Assembly: GCA_039793445.1 (NCBI GenBank)
Contig: JBAMLS010000012.1
Location: 21,225-79,865 of the forward strand
DNA length: 58,641 nt
Direction of reading: 5' to 3'
From: Minisyncoccales bacterium
GTDB taxonomy: Bacteria > Patescibacteriota > Minisyncoccia > Minisyncoccales > JBAMLS01
This document shows, piece by piece, positions 37,994 through 47,286 of this stretch (the first letter of the stretch is position 1; each line of letters begins with the position of its first letter). Made by a program: the position numbers and the translations under genes. The notes under the pieces were generated by a model. That model made no database searches, was not told where the DNA came from, and worked only from the letters and a program-made list of their open reading frames with translations.

Positions 37994-38500
37994 TTATCTC
38001 TTTGACCACTGCGGTGCTTTTCTCGCTCTCTTTAAACCTGGTTTTTTTCTTTCTTTTACCCTGGGATCTCTTGTTAAAAAACCAAAAGATTTTAATCTTT
38101 TTCTATATTCTTGATTCAATTTTACTAAAGCCCTAGAAATACCTAATCTTAATGCTTCAGCCTGAGCAGAAATACCTCCCCCTTTTAAAATTGCTGAAAT
38201 TTTTACTTTATCAAAAAGTTTTAGCAATTTTAAAGGAGATAATACAATTTCTTGATAAAATTTTACAGGAAAATACTCAGTAAATTTTTTATCATTTACC
38301 AAAATTTCTCCCTTACCTTTAAATAATCTGACTCTTGCAATTGCTGTCTTTCTTCTTCCAATAGCTTCAATATACTTATTTGATTTTTTTTCTTCTTTTA
38401 AGTCAGAAATTAAATTTTTTCCATTACTTCTTGTTTTAATTTCTTTAGGTTTATTATATATATCTTTTTTTTCTGTATCTTTTCTTATATTTTTTCTCAT
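37994..38500 (-). CDS. rpsI: 30S ribosomal protein S9 (K-rich N-terminal extension)
   Basis: GRRKTAIARVRL..G.G.I.VN and C-terminal ...RDPRVKERKKPGLKRARKAPQWSKR. Confidence 0.93.
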   Translation of the reverse strand: MRKNIRKDTEKKDIYNKPKEIKTRSNGKNLISDLKEEKKSNKYIEAIGRRKTAIARVRLFKGKGEILVNDKKFTEYFPVKFYQEIVLSPLKLLKLFDKVKISAILKGGGISAQAEALRLGISRALVKLNQEYRKRLKSFGFLTRDPRVKERKKPGLKRARKAPQWSKR

Positions 38501-38505
38501 AATTT

Positions 38506-38853
38506 TTATTCAAATTTTAAACGTTTTATAAATTTATCCCTTAATTTATTTTTAGGTAACATCCCGTATACTGCTCTTTTTAAAACTAAATCTGGTCTTT
38601 TTTTGAATAAAGTTTCTAATTTAATTTCTTTTAAATGACCCAAATATCCACTATGTTTTCTGTATACTTTTTGAAATATTTTTTTTCCCGTAAACCTTAT
38701 TTTATCTACATTTTTTACAATTACAAAATCGCCAATATCTTTATAAGGCACAAAATTTACTTTTTGTTTTCCTCTTAACAAAATAGCAATTTCCCCTGCT
38801 AATCTCCCTAATGATTTATTTGTTGCATCAATAATATGGGTTTTTCTTTCCAT
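38506..38853 (-). CDS. rplM: 50S ribosomal protein L13 (short)
   Basis: IIDATNKSLGRLAGEIAILLRGK.K..F.P..D.GDFV.V.N and MLPKN.L matches L13. 115 aa. Confidence 0.9.
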   Translation of the reverse strand: MERKTHIIDATNKSLGRLAGEIAILLRGKQKVNFVPYKDIGDFVIVKNVDKIRFTGKKIFQKVYRKHSGYLGHLKEIKLETLFKKRPDLVLKRAVYGMLPKNKLRDKFIKRLKFE

Positions 38854-38857
38854 AAAA

Positions 38858-39208
38858 TTATTTTACAAATTCAATAATTGCCATTTTTGCGCTATCTGAT
38901 ATTCTTGGGACTAATTTATATATTCTAACATATCCTCCATTTCTATTTTTATAAAGAGGAGCTATTTCTTGCATCAATTTTTTAACAGTTTTTTTATCAA
39001 AATATCTTAAAAGATATCTTTGATTTATAAGACCACCTTTTTTAGCTTTTGTTACCATTTTTTCTATTATTCTTTTTATTTCTTTTGCCCTTGCCAAAGT
39101 AGTTTTAATTTTTCCATTTAATATTAAATTTCTACATAAAGATTTATATAAAGCCTTTCTTTGATCTCTTTTTCTTGAAAATTTTCTTCCTTTTTTAAGT
39201 TTTTTCAT
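38858..39208 (-). CDS. rplQ: 50S ribosomal protein L17
   Basis: GRKFSRKRDQRKALYKSLCRNLILNGKIKTTLARAKE and ..GGYVRI.K... is the L17 pattern. Confidence 0.93.
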   Translation of the reverse strand: MKKLKKGRKFSRKRDQRKALYKSLCRNLILNGKIKTTLARAKEIKRIIEKMVTKAKKGGLINQRYLLRYFDKKTVKKLMQEIAPLYKNRNGGYVRIYKLVPRISDSAKMAIIEFVK

Positions 39209-39229
39209 ATAATTTTTCTTAATTTTTTC

Positions 39230-40000
39230 TTATTTTTTTATTTTTTTCTTTTTTTCTGTCTTTAAAATTTCGGTTTTTTCTTTTTTTTCTTTTTCTTTTA
39301 AAAAAGAGTCCTCTTTCTTATCTAAATTATTTAATAAATATGAAAACTGTTCAATAATAATATTCAAACTTTTAGCATACGCCTCTTTCGGGTTCAAGGT
39401 ACCATCAGTTTCAATACTTAATATAAGTTTCTCAAAATCTGTTCTTTTACCAACTCTTACATTTTCAATCTTGTAAGATACTTTTTTAATAGGTGTAAAA
39501 ATTGCGTCTATTGGAATTTCTCCAATAACTTTTGTTTTTTCTTCTCTCATTTCTATTGGTAAATAACCAACTCCCCTTTCTACTTTTATTTCCATTTCTA
39601 ATCTAGCTTTTTCATCTGTTAAAGTGGCAATAAGTTGATCTTTATTTACTACTTCTATTTGTGGCGTAGTTTTTATATCTTTTCCTGTTACCTTTCCCTT
39701 ACCCTTTACAGATAAAGTAATAATTTGAGGTTCATCATCTTGCATTTTAAATCTTAATTTTTTTAGATTAAGACTAATAATCACCACATCTTCTAAAACT
39801 CCTGGTAAGGTAGTAAATTCATGAGAAACACCTTTTATTTTAAAGCTAGTAATCGCACAGCCCTCTAAAGAAGAAAGTAATACTCTCCTTAGGGTATTTC
39901 CCAATGTTATTCCATATCCTGGATACAAACCTTCAATTTCAATTTGAGCTGTGTCTTTATCTTTTTCTATAAATTGAATTTTATGAGGGAGTGGGATCAT
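39230..40000 (-). CDS. rpoA: DNA-directed RNA polymerase alpha subunit, N-terminal domain only
   Basis: 256 aa. GYGITLGNTLRRVLLSSLEGCAITS.KI.GV.HEF..LPGV.EDV is the alpha-NTD. The protein ends in a roughly 30-aa K/E tail instead of the roughly 80-aa alpha-CTD. rplQ starts 21 nt later, so there is no room for a split CTD. Confidence 0.93.
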   Translation of the reverse strand: MIPLPHKIQFIEKDKDTAQIEIEGLYPGYGITLGNTLRRVLLSSLEGCAITSFKIKGVSHEFTTLPGVLEDVVIISLNLKKLRFKMQDDEPQIITLSVKGKGKVTGKDIKTTPQIEVVNKDQLIATLTDEKARLEMEIKVERGVGYLPIEMREEKTKVIGEIPIDAIFTPIKKVSYKIENVRVGKRTDFEKLILSIETDGTLNPKEAYAKSLNIIIEQFSYLLNNLDKKEDSFLKEKEKKEKTEILKTEKKKKIKK

Positions 40001-40023
40001 ATTTTTAAAAATTAAAATTTTAA

Positions 40024-40662
40024 TTACCTTGAATAAAACTCGAAGATAAAAGACAAATTAATTGGGGGGATTGTTTGATTATCAATAATAGGATCATCTA
40101 TTACTTCAATAATTAAATTTTCTTTATCTATTTTTAACCATTGAGGAGGATTAAAATTTTTAATACGCATTTTTATTAACTGTTTTAATTTTTCTGTTTT
40201 TTTACTTTCCCTTAAGGTAATTTTATCTCCTTTTTTTACTTTTATACCGGCTTTATTAATATTTTTTTCATTTAATTTAAAAAATCCATGGTTTATTAAT
40301 TGTCTTGCATGTTTTCTTGAAAGGGCAAAGTTTGTCCTAAAAATAACATTATCAAGACGTCTTTCTAAACTTTGTAAAAATAAAATAGCAACATCTGAAA
40401 CTTTTCCTCTTCTTTTTAATATTTTCTTTATTTCATTTTTTAATTGCGTTTCTGTTAACATATAATAGTATTTCAATTTTTGCTTTTCGGTAAGTTGAGT
40501 TTTATACTCACTTTTAGATAAAGTAGGTCTTTTTCTTTTTACACCAGGTGGATAAGGTCTTTTTACCATTAAACACTTAGGAGAATAACATTTATCTCCT
40601 TTTAAAAATAATTTTTGTGATAAACTTCGACAAATTTTACATTTATTTGATATTTTTACCAT
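40024..40662 (-). CDS. rpsD: 30S ribosomal protein S4
   Basis: CKICR....KLFLKGDKC....C, LERRLDNVIFR..FA.SR..ARQLI.HG.F.LN (S4 domain). Confidence 0.95.
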   Translation of the reverse strand: MVKISNKCKICRSLSQKLFLKGDKCYSPKCLMVKRPYPPGVKRKRPTLSKSEYKTQLTEKQKLKYYYMLTETQLKNEIKKILKRRGKVSDVAILFLQSLERRLDNVIFRTNFALSRKHARQLINHGFFKLNEKNINKAGIKVKKGDKITLRESKKTEKLKQLIKMRIKNFNPPQWLKIDKENLIIEVIDDPIIDNQTIPPINLSFIFEFYSR

Positions 40663-40667
40663 ATGTT

Positions 40668-41120
40668 TTATACTCTTCTCGGTTTAGGGGGTCTACAACC
40701 ATCGTGAGGAATTGGAGTTATATCTTGAATACTATCAAAAACAATTCCCTGGCCGGCAAGAGTTCTTAAAACCAAATCCCTTCCAGATCCTACGCCTTTT
40801 ACAAATACATCTACGCTTTCCATACCTAATTTTTTTATTACTTGGGAAATTGCCAAGGCTACTTGCGAAGCAGCATAAGGAGTACCTTTTTTAGTTCCCG
40901 AAAAACCTAAAATTCCCGCGCTTTTCCAAGTTAAAGTATTACCTCTTTCATCAGTTAAGGTAATAATGGTATTGTTGTAGGTGGTGTAAATATAAATACG
41001 ACCCTTAGGAATAACTTTTGAAATTTTAACTTTTGGTTCCTTAGAAAGGGCACTCTCAATTTTTTCTGTTTCTTTGATTAATTGTGTTTGATCTTGTTTT
41101 ATTACTCTTTTTTTACCCAT
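40668..41120 (-). CDS. rpsK: 30S ribosomal protein S11 (N-terminal extension)
   Basis: GRIYIYTTYNNTIITLTDERGNTLTWKSAG..GF.GTKKGTPYAA and ..DITPIPHDGCRPPKPRRV. Confidence 0.95.
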   Translation of the reverse strand: MGKKRVIKQDQTQLIKETEKIESALSKEPKVKISKVIPKGRIYIYTTYNNTIITLTDERGNTLTWKSAGILGFSGTKKGTPYAASQVALAISQVIKKLGMESVDVFVKGVGSGRDLVLRTLAGQGIVFDSIQDITPIPHDGCRPPKPRRV

Positions 41121-41160
41121 AGAAATAAAAAAATATAAAAAATATTTTAAAAAATATTTA

Positions 41161-41550
41161 TTATTTTGGAGCTGGGGGTGGTTTTCTACCTGATCCTACT
41201 GTCTTTCTTACATTACCCCTTATTGTTCTACAATTTTTTCTCGTTTTTTGGCCTCTTACTGGCAAACCTTTTATGTGTCTTAAACCGCGATAGCATCTTA
41301 TTTCTTTCAACCTTTTAATATTTTCAATTATTTCTTTTTTAAGTTCTCCCTCAACTTTATAATTTTTTTCTATTTTATCAATTAGTTTTTTAAATTCTTC
41401 TGGTGTTAAATCTTTTGTTTTCTTTTGAGGCGAAATATTTAATTCTGAAAGTATTTTTAACGCTAAAGGCCTTCCTATTCCATAAATATAGGTTAAAGAA
41501 ATTAAAATTTGTTTTTCATCTGGAATATTAACACCTGCTATTCTTACCAT
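41161..41550 (-). CDS. rpsM: 30S ribosomal protein S13
   Basis: MVRIAGVNIPDEKQILISLTYIYGIGRPLALKIL and ..YRGLRH..GLPVRGQKTR.N.RT. Confidence 0.95.
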   Translation of the reverse strand: MVRIAGVNIPDEKQILISLTYIYGIGRPLALKILSELNISPQKKTKDLTPEEFKKLIDKIEKNYKVEGELKKEIIENIKRLKEIRCYRGLRHIKGLPVRGQKTRKNCRTIRGNVRKTVGSGRKPPPAPK

Positions 41551-41563
41551 AATTTTAAAAATT

Positions 41564-41677
41564 TTATCCTTGTCTTTGTTTATGTTTTGGATTTGAACAA
41601 ATTACATATAACCTCCTTTTTCTTCTTACAATTTTACAATTTTTACATATCTTTTTTACTGATGACTTTACACGCAT
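41564..41677 (-). CDS. rpmJ: 50S ribosomal protein L36
   Basis: Below the ORF-track cut-off. My translation is [37 protein letters not shown] (37 aa). Canonical L36 between infA and rpsM. Confidence 0.9.
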   Translation of the reverse strand: MRVKSSVKKICKNCKIVRRKRRLYVICSNPKHKQRQG

Positions 41678-41694
41678 AATTTTAAAATAAAACA

Positions 41695-41907
41695 TCACTT
41701 TCTAAAAATAATTCGCCCTTTATTCTTATCATAAGGGCTTAATTCCACCATTACTCTATCTCCGAGTAATACTTTAATATTATTTACTCTCATCTTACCC
41801 GAAAGATGAGCAAGTATAATTTTATTATCATCTAACTTTACTCTGAAAAATAAATTAGGCAAGGTTTCAATTACCTGACCTTCAACAATAATATTTTCTT
41901 TTGACAT
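41695..41907 (-). CDS. infA: Translation initiation factor IF-1
   Basis: 70 aa. [60 protein letters not shown]. Confidence 0.95.
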   Translation of the reverse strand: MSKENIIVEGQVIETLPNLFFRVKLDDNKIILAHLSGKMRVNNIKVLLGDRVMVELSPYDKNKGRIIFRK

Positions 41908-41922
41908 TTAATTTACAGTTTA

Positions 41923-41951
41923 AAAATAGCAAACAATTTAAAAAATGTCAA
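41923..41951 (-). promoter_or_regulatory. Candidate promoter of the infA-rpmJ-rpsM... operon
   Basis: Minus strand has TTGACA (41951-41946), a 17-nt spacer ending in TGC, then TATTTT (41928-41923). Predicted leader is under 12 nt with no SD. Confidence 0.4.
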
Positions 41952-41961
41952 TTATTAATTC

Positions 41962-43179
41962 TTAAAATGCAATTTCAACTTTTATTCTTTTTGAATCATA
42001 AGGAGCTCTTTTTAAAAATGTTGGCCAAAAAATAATTTTAACATTTTTTATTTGAGGATAATTTTGAAAAATAATATTTTCTATTTCAGATTCTGATCTT
42101 CCCTGAATTTTTGAAACTAAAAGTCCTTCTGGAATATTTTCAAAAGTTTTTCCAATAAAATCTATTTTTAATGTTATTTCATCAGGAAAATTATTATTAA
42201 TTATTTGATATTCATAAAATTGACTATTTGGTACAATGTTTTTTGAAGAACCAAGAGAATTTAAAATTATATTATTCCAAAAATTATTTAAATCAGAAAG
42301 TAAAATTGCGGGAATTTGATATTCTCCATTAATTATACAAGAAAACTTATCTACTTTTTCGTTTACTTGATGATCGCAATTAAAATTTACATTTTTTAAT
42401 AATATTCCATCTTTAATAATAAAAAAATCTTTTTGATATTGATCTGAAATTTTATCAGTTATATGTTTGGTCATTTTTTGTTGAAGAATATTTTTAGCAT
42501 CGTCAATATCTTTTTGAACAATAACTAAAGAAGAGCCAGTTTTACCTCCCTGCATTGGTTCTTTAGATTCTCCAAAAACAAATGAATAAACCTCACTTCC
42601 CGCTAATCCAGGAATTGAAAATTTTGTCGGCCCAATATTATATTCTTCTCCCGGATTTTCCGCTACAACTTCTATTTCTATCGAACCAGGAATTATCTTT
42701 TTCCCTTCAACTTTTGCTGGAGGTATCATAAATTTGTTTTTTGCTTTAAAAATTTTTCCATCTGCTGATAAAAATCTAGTATTTTGCACTAAACTTATTG
42801 GTTTTGGGGGCACAATAGAATTATAAACTGTAATTTTTCCTTCGCTTTTTTGAGCATCTTCGCTTTTACCTGTAGGAATAAAAGTTTGACTCTCTTGAAT
42901 ATTTTCTGAAAAAATTTTCCCAAAAAGAATATCACTAGAATTAATACTTTGTTCTTCTTTAAATAATAATTTTATGTTTTTTGAAATTTTAACATTTTCA
43001 GTAGTGGGATAAAGGAAAATCGTTGTTTTAGATGTATAATAAAAAAATAAAAAAATTAAAATAAAAATTAATGATGAAAAAATAAGAATTTTGACCCCCG
43101 GAGTAAAAAAATTTTTTTTAGGAGGAAGAAAATTTTCTTTCTCGTTTGGATGAAAAATATCATAAATTTTTTCTACCAT
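41962..43179 (-). CDS. Hypothetical membrane-anchored protein
   Basis: 405-aa ORF with an N-terminal TM helix (ILIFSSLIFILIFLFFY), then a beta-rich ectodomain. A vague resemblance to baseplate-J-like proteins (GKITVYNS...RFLSADGKIF...IEVVAENPGEEYNIGP) cannot be confirmed here. Confidence 0.5.
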   Translation of the reverse strand: MVEKIYDIFHPNEKENFLPPKKNFFTPGVKILIFSSLIFILIFLFFYYTSKTTIFLYPTTENVKISKNIKLLFKEEQSINSSDILFGKIFSENIQESQTFIPTGKSEDAQKSEGKITVYNSIVPPKPISLVQNTRFLSADGKIFKAKNKFMIPPAKVEGKKIIPGSIEIEVVAENPGEEYNIGPTKFSIPGLAGSEVYSFVFGESKEPMQGGKTGSSLVIVQKDIDDAKNILQQKMTKHITDKISDQYQKDFFIIKDGILLKNVNFNCDHQVNEKVDKFSCIINGEYQIPAILLSDLNNFWNNIILNSLGSSKNIVPNSQFYEYQIINNNFPDEITLKIDFIGKTFENIPEGLLVSKIQGRSESEIENIIFQNYPQIKNVKIIFWPTFLKRAPYDSKRIKVEIAF

Positions 43180-43185
43180 ATATTT

Positions 43186-45021
43186 TTAATTATTAATTAA
43201 AATTGCCTTTATTCTTTTTGTATTTTTTCCAATAGATTCAACTTTTTGAATTTTAAAAATACCTAAAATACCTGTCTCTTTAACATGGGGGCCTGCGCAT
43301 ATTTCTTTTGAAAAAACTTCTCCTGTTTTTTCATTTAAAATTGTATAAACAGATACAGTTTCTGGATATTTTTCTTTAAAAAAAGCTAAAGCCCCTGTTT
43401 TTATTGCCTCTTCTAAGGGCATTATTTCTTTTTTAACAATTAAATTTTCTTTTATTTTTTGATTAACTAAATCTTCTATTTTTTTTATTTCATTATCTGT
43501 AATTTTTTTATCATAAAAAAAATCAAATCGCAATCTCTCAGGCTTTATATCAGACCCCGCCTGTTTTACAGTTAAATCTAAAATTTTACGAAGAGCAGAA
43601 TGTAAAAGATGGGTTGCGGTATGATATTTCGTTAAAACTTCTTTTTCTTTTTCGTTTTTTGCTAATTCAATACCAACACCACCAAATTTTTTTTCTGATC
43701 CAATTTTAGAAATTTCTTTATGTTTTTTAAATTCTTCCCAAAATTCATCTTCTTTAATAATAAAATTATTTTCTCTTGCTAATTCTTTTAAAAGTTCTAT
43801 GGGAAAGCCAAAAGATTGATATAAATAAAAAACAATTTTTCCTGGAATTATTTTTTCTTTTTCAAATTTTTTACATTGATTTTCAAACTCTTTTAAGCCT
43901 TTCTCTAATGTTTTTTTAAATTTATTTTTTTCTTCATAAATAATTGAAATAATCTTTTTATCTTTATCTATTAATTCTGGATATCTTTTGCCATAAAAAT
44001 CAACAAAATATTTTACTGGTAATTTTTCCCATCCTTCTTTTAAATTTAATAATATTTCTATTCTGGCTATTCTTCTAATTAAAAATCTTAAAATATAACC
44101 ATGAGAAACATTTGAAGGTAATATTCCCTCAGAAACTAAAAATACTATTGCTCTTAAATGATCTGCTATAATTCTAAAATTTCTTTTAGCTTCTTGATAT
44201 TTTAAATTGCTATATTTTTCAATTTCTAAAATTGCAGGAAAAAATAATTCTGTTTCATAAGCAGTTTCTTTTTTTTCGATTATACTTGTTAATCTCTCAA
44301 GGCCTATACCCGTATCAACATTCTTTTGCTTCAAAAATGTAAAGGAATTATCTTCTTTTTTTTCATATTCCATAAAGACTAAGTTCCAAATTTCTAAGTA
44401 TCTATTACAATATTCACAATTTGGACCACAACTCTTTTTTTTACAACCAAATTCTTCTCCTCTATCGTAATAAATTTCTGTACAAGGACCACAAGGACCC
44501 GTTTGATAAACTGGTCCCCAAAAATTATCTGACATTCCAAATTCTTTTATTTTTGGTAAAGAAATACCATTTTTTTGCCAAATTTTTAAAGATTCTTCAT
44601 CTCTTGGTAATTCTCCTTCCCCCTTAAAAATAGTAACTTGAATTTTATTTTTATCTAATTTTAGTGTATCAACTAAAAATTCTAACGCATATTTTATAGC
44701 TCCTTCTTTAAAATAATTACCATTTTTATCTTGGCCTATTGACCAATTACCCAACATTTCAAAAAAAGTATGATGTCTTTCATCGCCAACTTCATTAATA
44801 TCGTTAGCTCTAAAACATTTTTGGCAAGAAACCAAATGTCTTGTTCTAAAATCTTTAATTACATCTTTTTCACCTAATAAATAAGAATTTAATTGTTGCA
44901 TGCCAGCAGCTGTAAAAAGAGTCGAGGGATTTGGAGCGATTAAAGAACTTGAAGGAATTATTTTATGTCCTCTTTTTTGAAAAAAATCAAAAAAGATATT
45001 AATTATATCGTTAGAATTCAT
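43186..45021 (-). CDS. alaS: Alanine--tRNA ligase, truncated form lacking the C-Ala domain
   Basis: 611 aa. FFQKRGHKIIPSSSL, FTAAGMQQ, GDERHHTFFEMLGNWS and editing-domain motifs HTATHLLHSALR and EICAGPHV. The protein ends right after the editing domain. Confidence 0.92.
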   Translation of the reverse strand: MNSNDIINIFFDFFQKRGHKIIPSSSLIAPNPSTLFTAAGMQQLNSYLLGEKDVIKDFRTRHLVSCQKCFRANDINEVGDERHHTFFEMLGNWSIGQDKNGNYFKEGAIKYALEFLVDTLKLDKNKIQVTIFKGEGELPRDEESLKIWQKNGISLPKIKEFGMSDNFWGPVYQTGPCGPCTEIYYDRGEEFGCKKKSCGPNCEYCNRYLEIWNLVFMEYEKKEDNSFTFLKQKNVDTGIGLERLTSIIEKKETAYETELFFPAILEIEKYSNLKYQEAKRNFRIIADHLRAIVFLVSEGILPSNVSHGYILRFLIRRIARIEILLNLKEGWEKLPVKYFVDFYGKRYPELIDKDKKIISIIYEEKNKFKKTLEKGLKEFENQCKKFEKEKIIPGKIVFYLYQSFGFPIELLKELARENNFIIKEDEFWEEFKKHKEISKIGSEKKFGGVGIELAKNEKEKEVLTKYHTATHLLHSALRKILDLTVKQAGSDIKPERLRFDFFYDKKITDNEIKKIEDLVNQKIKENLIVKKEIMPLEEAIKTGALAFFKEKYPETVSVYTILNEKTGEVFSKEICAGPHVKETGILGIFKIQKVESIGKNTKRIKAILINN

Positions 45022-45027
45022 AAATTT

Positions 45028-45537
45028 TTAAGTAAATCTATCTGCTATAGAAGAAGCGGCAAAAGATTCTGGTTTTATTTTTGCTTCAAAACCATTACTT
45101 TTGATTAAACCAATTATCTCTTTAACCATATTTTTTGTATCTCCATTTTCACTAATGTCAGCATGAATATATTGCAATTGATAGTTTAATTTTAAATTAT
45201 TTTTTCTTATTGTTTTTTGAAATTCTTCTTTAAATTCAAGAGCTAATTTACAGGATAAATATACCTCCTGAATTATTCTTTCATGTAAATTATAAAATTT
45301 TTTAGAATAATGCATTTTATGTAAAAAAAACCTCCCCCCTTCTCCTACTCTTCTTACAACTAGCGCTACCGGAAAATAAGGAGATTCTGTTGCAGAAGAA
45401 TCACAACCTACTACTATTTCATAAAAATTCGCTGGTTTTTCTAAAAGATAATTTACCACAGCTGAAACCGTTTCTTTAAAATTTATTGTACCCAAAGTTG
45501 GATTAAAAAATTTTAAATTTTTAAAACTTTCATCCAT
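45028..45537 (-). CDS. Hypothetical protein, possibly DUF458/YkuK-like (RNase H-like fold)
   Basis: 169 aa. FFNPTLGTINFKETVSAVVNYL...YEIVVGCDSS resembles my recollection of the YkuK family start (FfNPt.G.m.f.ev...i......y.l.iGTDSq). Unverified. Confidence 0.4.
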   Translation of the reverse strand: MDESFKNLKFFNPTLGTINFKETVSAVVNYLLEKPANFYEIVVGCDSSATESPYFPVALVVRRVGEGGRFFLHKMHYSKKFYNLHERIIQEVYLSCKLALEFKEEFQKTIRKNNLKLNYQLQYIHADISENGDTKNMVKEIIGLIKSNGFEAKIKPESFAASSIADRFT

Positions 45538-46231
45538 ATATTATTTTTCTAAATTCTTCTATATTTATTGAAGCGCTTCCTATTAATAAACCATTTATTT
45601 CTTTTAATTTTAAATATTCGCGAAAATTCTTTGAATCAATACTACCTCCATAAAGAATTTTAAAATTTTTATTTATTCCCTTCAAAAAAATCAAAACATT
45701 TTTTAAATCGTCTGGTTTACAAGGATTATTCGTACCTATTGCCCAAACAGGTTCATATGCTAAAATTATATTTTTAATATCATTTTTAATAATAAAATTC
45801 AACTGTTTTTTTAAAATTTTAAATGTTTTATTTGCTTTTTTTTCTTTTAATGTTTCACCAATACACAAAATTACCTTTAAACCTACTTTTTGAGCTGAAA
45901 TTATTTTTTTAAAAATTATTTCATCTGATTCTCCTAATGCCCTTCTCTCTGAATGACCTAATATAACATACTTTACCCCCAAATTTTTAAGCATTAAAGG
46001 AGAAATTTCTCCTGTAAAAGCGCCTCCATTTTTTGAAAAATGACAATTTTGAGCGCCTAATTTTAAATTCTTTGAATTTTTAAATTTTAAAAGATATATA
46101 AAAGGTGGACAAATTACTATTTCATTTTTTGTTTTTTTAACTTTATTTTTAATAAAATTAAAAATCTTTTCAGCTTCTTTTAAGGTTTGAGGATTACATT
46201 TCCAATTTGCAACTATTAAATATTTTTTCAT
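45530..46231 (-). CDS. tpiA: Triosephosphate isomerase
   Basis: IVANWKCN, GAFTGEISP.ML...GV.YVILGHSERR and ILAYEPVWAIGT. Confidence 0.93.
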   Translation of the reverse strand: MKKYLIVANWKCNPQTLKEAEKIFNFIKNKVKKTKNEIVICPPFIYLLKFKNSKNLKLGAQNCHFSKNGGAFTGEISPLMLKNLGVKYVILGHSERRALGESDEIIFKKIISAQKVGLKVILCIGETLKEKKANKTFKILKKQLNFIIKNDIKNIILAYEPVWAIGTNNPCKPDDLKNVLIFLKGINKNFKILYGGSIDSKNFREYLKLKEINGLLIGSASINIEEFRKIIYG

Positions 46232-47286
46232 AAGATTGCTTCTTTTAATAATTTAGCCGCCTCTTCTGGAGCAATGGTTATAATTTCAATCTTTGCGCCT
46301 AATTCAAAACCCGCTATAAGAGAAACTTTTGGCAAAAAAGTAAAATGCCAATGATAATATTGATATTTTTTATAATTTTTATGATCTAAAGGAGCTGTAT
46401 GTAAATAAAAATTTAAATCTGGGCGATCCAACACCTTATCATATGATTTTATAATAATTTGAAAGATTTCCGCTAAATATTTAATTTGATCATTAGTAAT
46501 TTTTTCAAAAAAAGCGCTGTGGAACCTTGGTGAAATAATGACCTGAAAAGCGCTTTTTGAAGCAAAGGGACATATAGCAATAAAATATTTATTTTTATAA
46601 ACAACTCTTAAACCCTCTTTTTCTTCCCATTTATTAGAAAAACAATAAATACATTTTTTAGATTTTTGATAAAATTTTTTACTCGAAATTAAAGCCATAT
46701 TTAAATCTGGATCTATTAAAGGAATTCCTATTATTTGAGCATGAGGATGAAAAATAGAAGCTCCAGCACTTTTGCCTTGATTATAAAAAATAGCGATATA
46801 TTTTATATTTTTTTCTTTTGAAATCTGATAATATCTTTCTTTAAATACACTAATTAGTTCTTTAAAATCTGATAAAGAAAAATTAAATAATTGTTTTTTA
46901 TGTTCTTTTAATACCACAATATTATGAATACCATAAGCTGGAATCCTCAAATAAGGACCAACTTTTTCTTTTTTTAATATTAAATTAGATTCGACAGCTG
47001 GATATTTATTTTCTATTACAATTGTTGTCCAGTCTTTAATATCTTTTAGAGTTTGATTTTTATTTATTAATATTTTTTTATTATTTAAATATCCTAAAAA
47101 TATTTTGGTATCTTTTTCTATATTGCAAAAAGGACAAGTTTTCTTTGGGGGGATAAAAACTCTTTCTTTTCTTTTAAATTCTTTTGGTCTAAAAGCTCTT
47201 TTTTTTGCAATTATTACCCAATCTCTTCCCAAATGATCAAATCTTAATTCTGGTACAAATTCTTTTTTTTCGTAATAATTTTTCAT
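46228..47286 (-). CDS. galT: Galactose-1-phosphate uridylyltransferase-like (GalT / HIT superfamily branch III)
   Basis: 352 aa. CPFC zinc motif near the N-terminus. NQGKSAGASIFHPHAQIIG has the HxHxQ active site. Confidence 0.75.
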   Translation of the reverse strand: MKNYYEKKEFVPELRFDHLGRDWVIIAKKRAFRPKEFKRKERVFIPPKKTCPFCNIEKDTKIFLGYLNNKKILINKNQTLKDIKDWTTIVIENKYPAVESNLILKKEKVGPYLRIPAYGIHNIVVLKEHKKQLFNFSLSDFKELISVFKERYYQISKEKNIKYIAIFYNQGKSAGASIFHPHAQIIGIPLIDPDLNMALISSKKFYQKSKKCIYCFSNKWEEKEGLRVVYKNKYFIAICPFASKSAFQVIISPRFHSAFFEKITNDQIKYLAEIFQIIIKSYDKVLDRPDLNFYLHTAPLDHKNYKKYQYYHWHFTFLPKVSLIAGFELGAKIEIITIAPEEAAKLLKEAIL

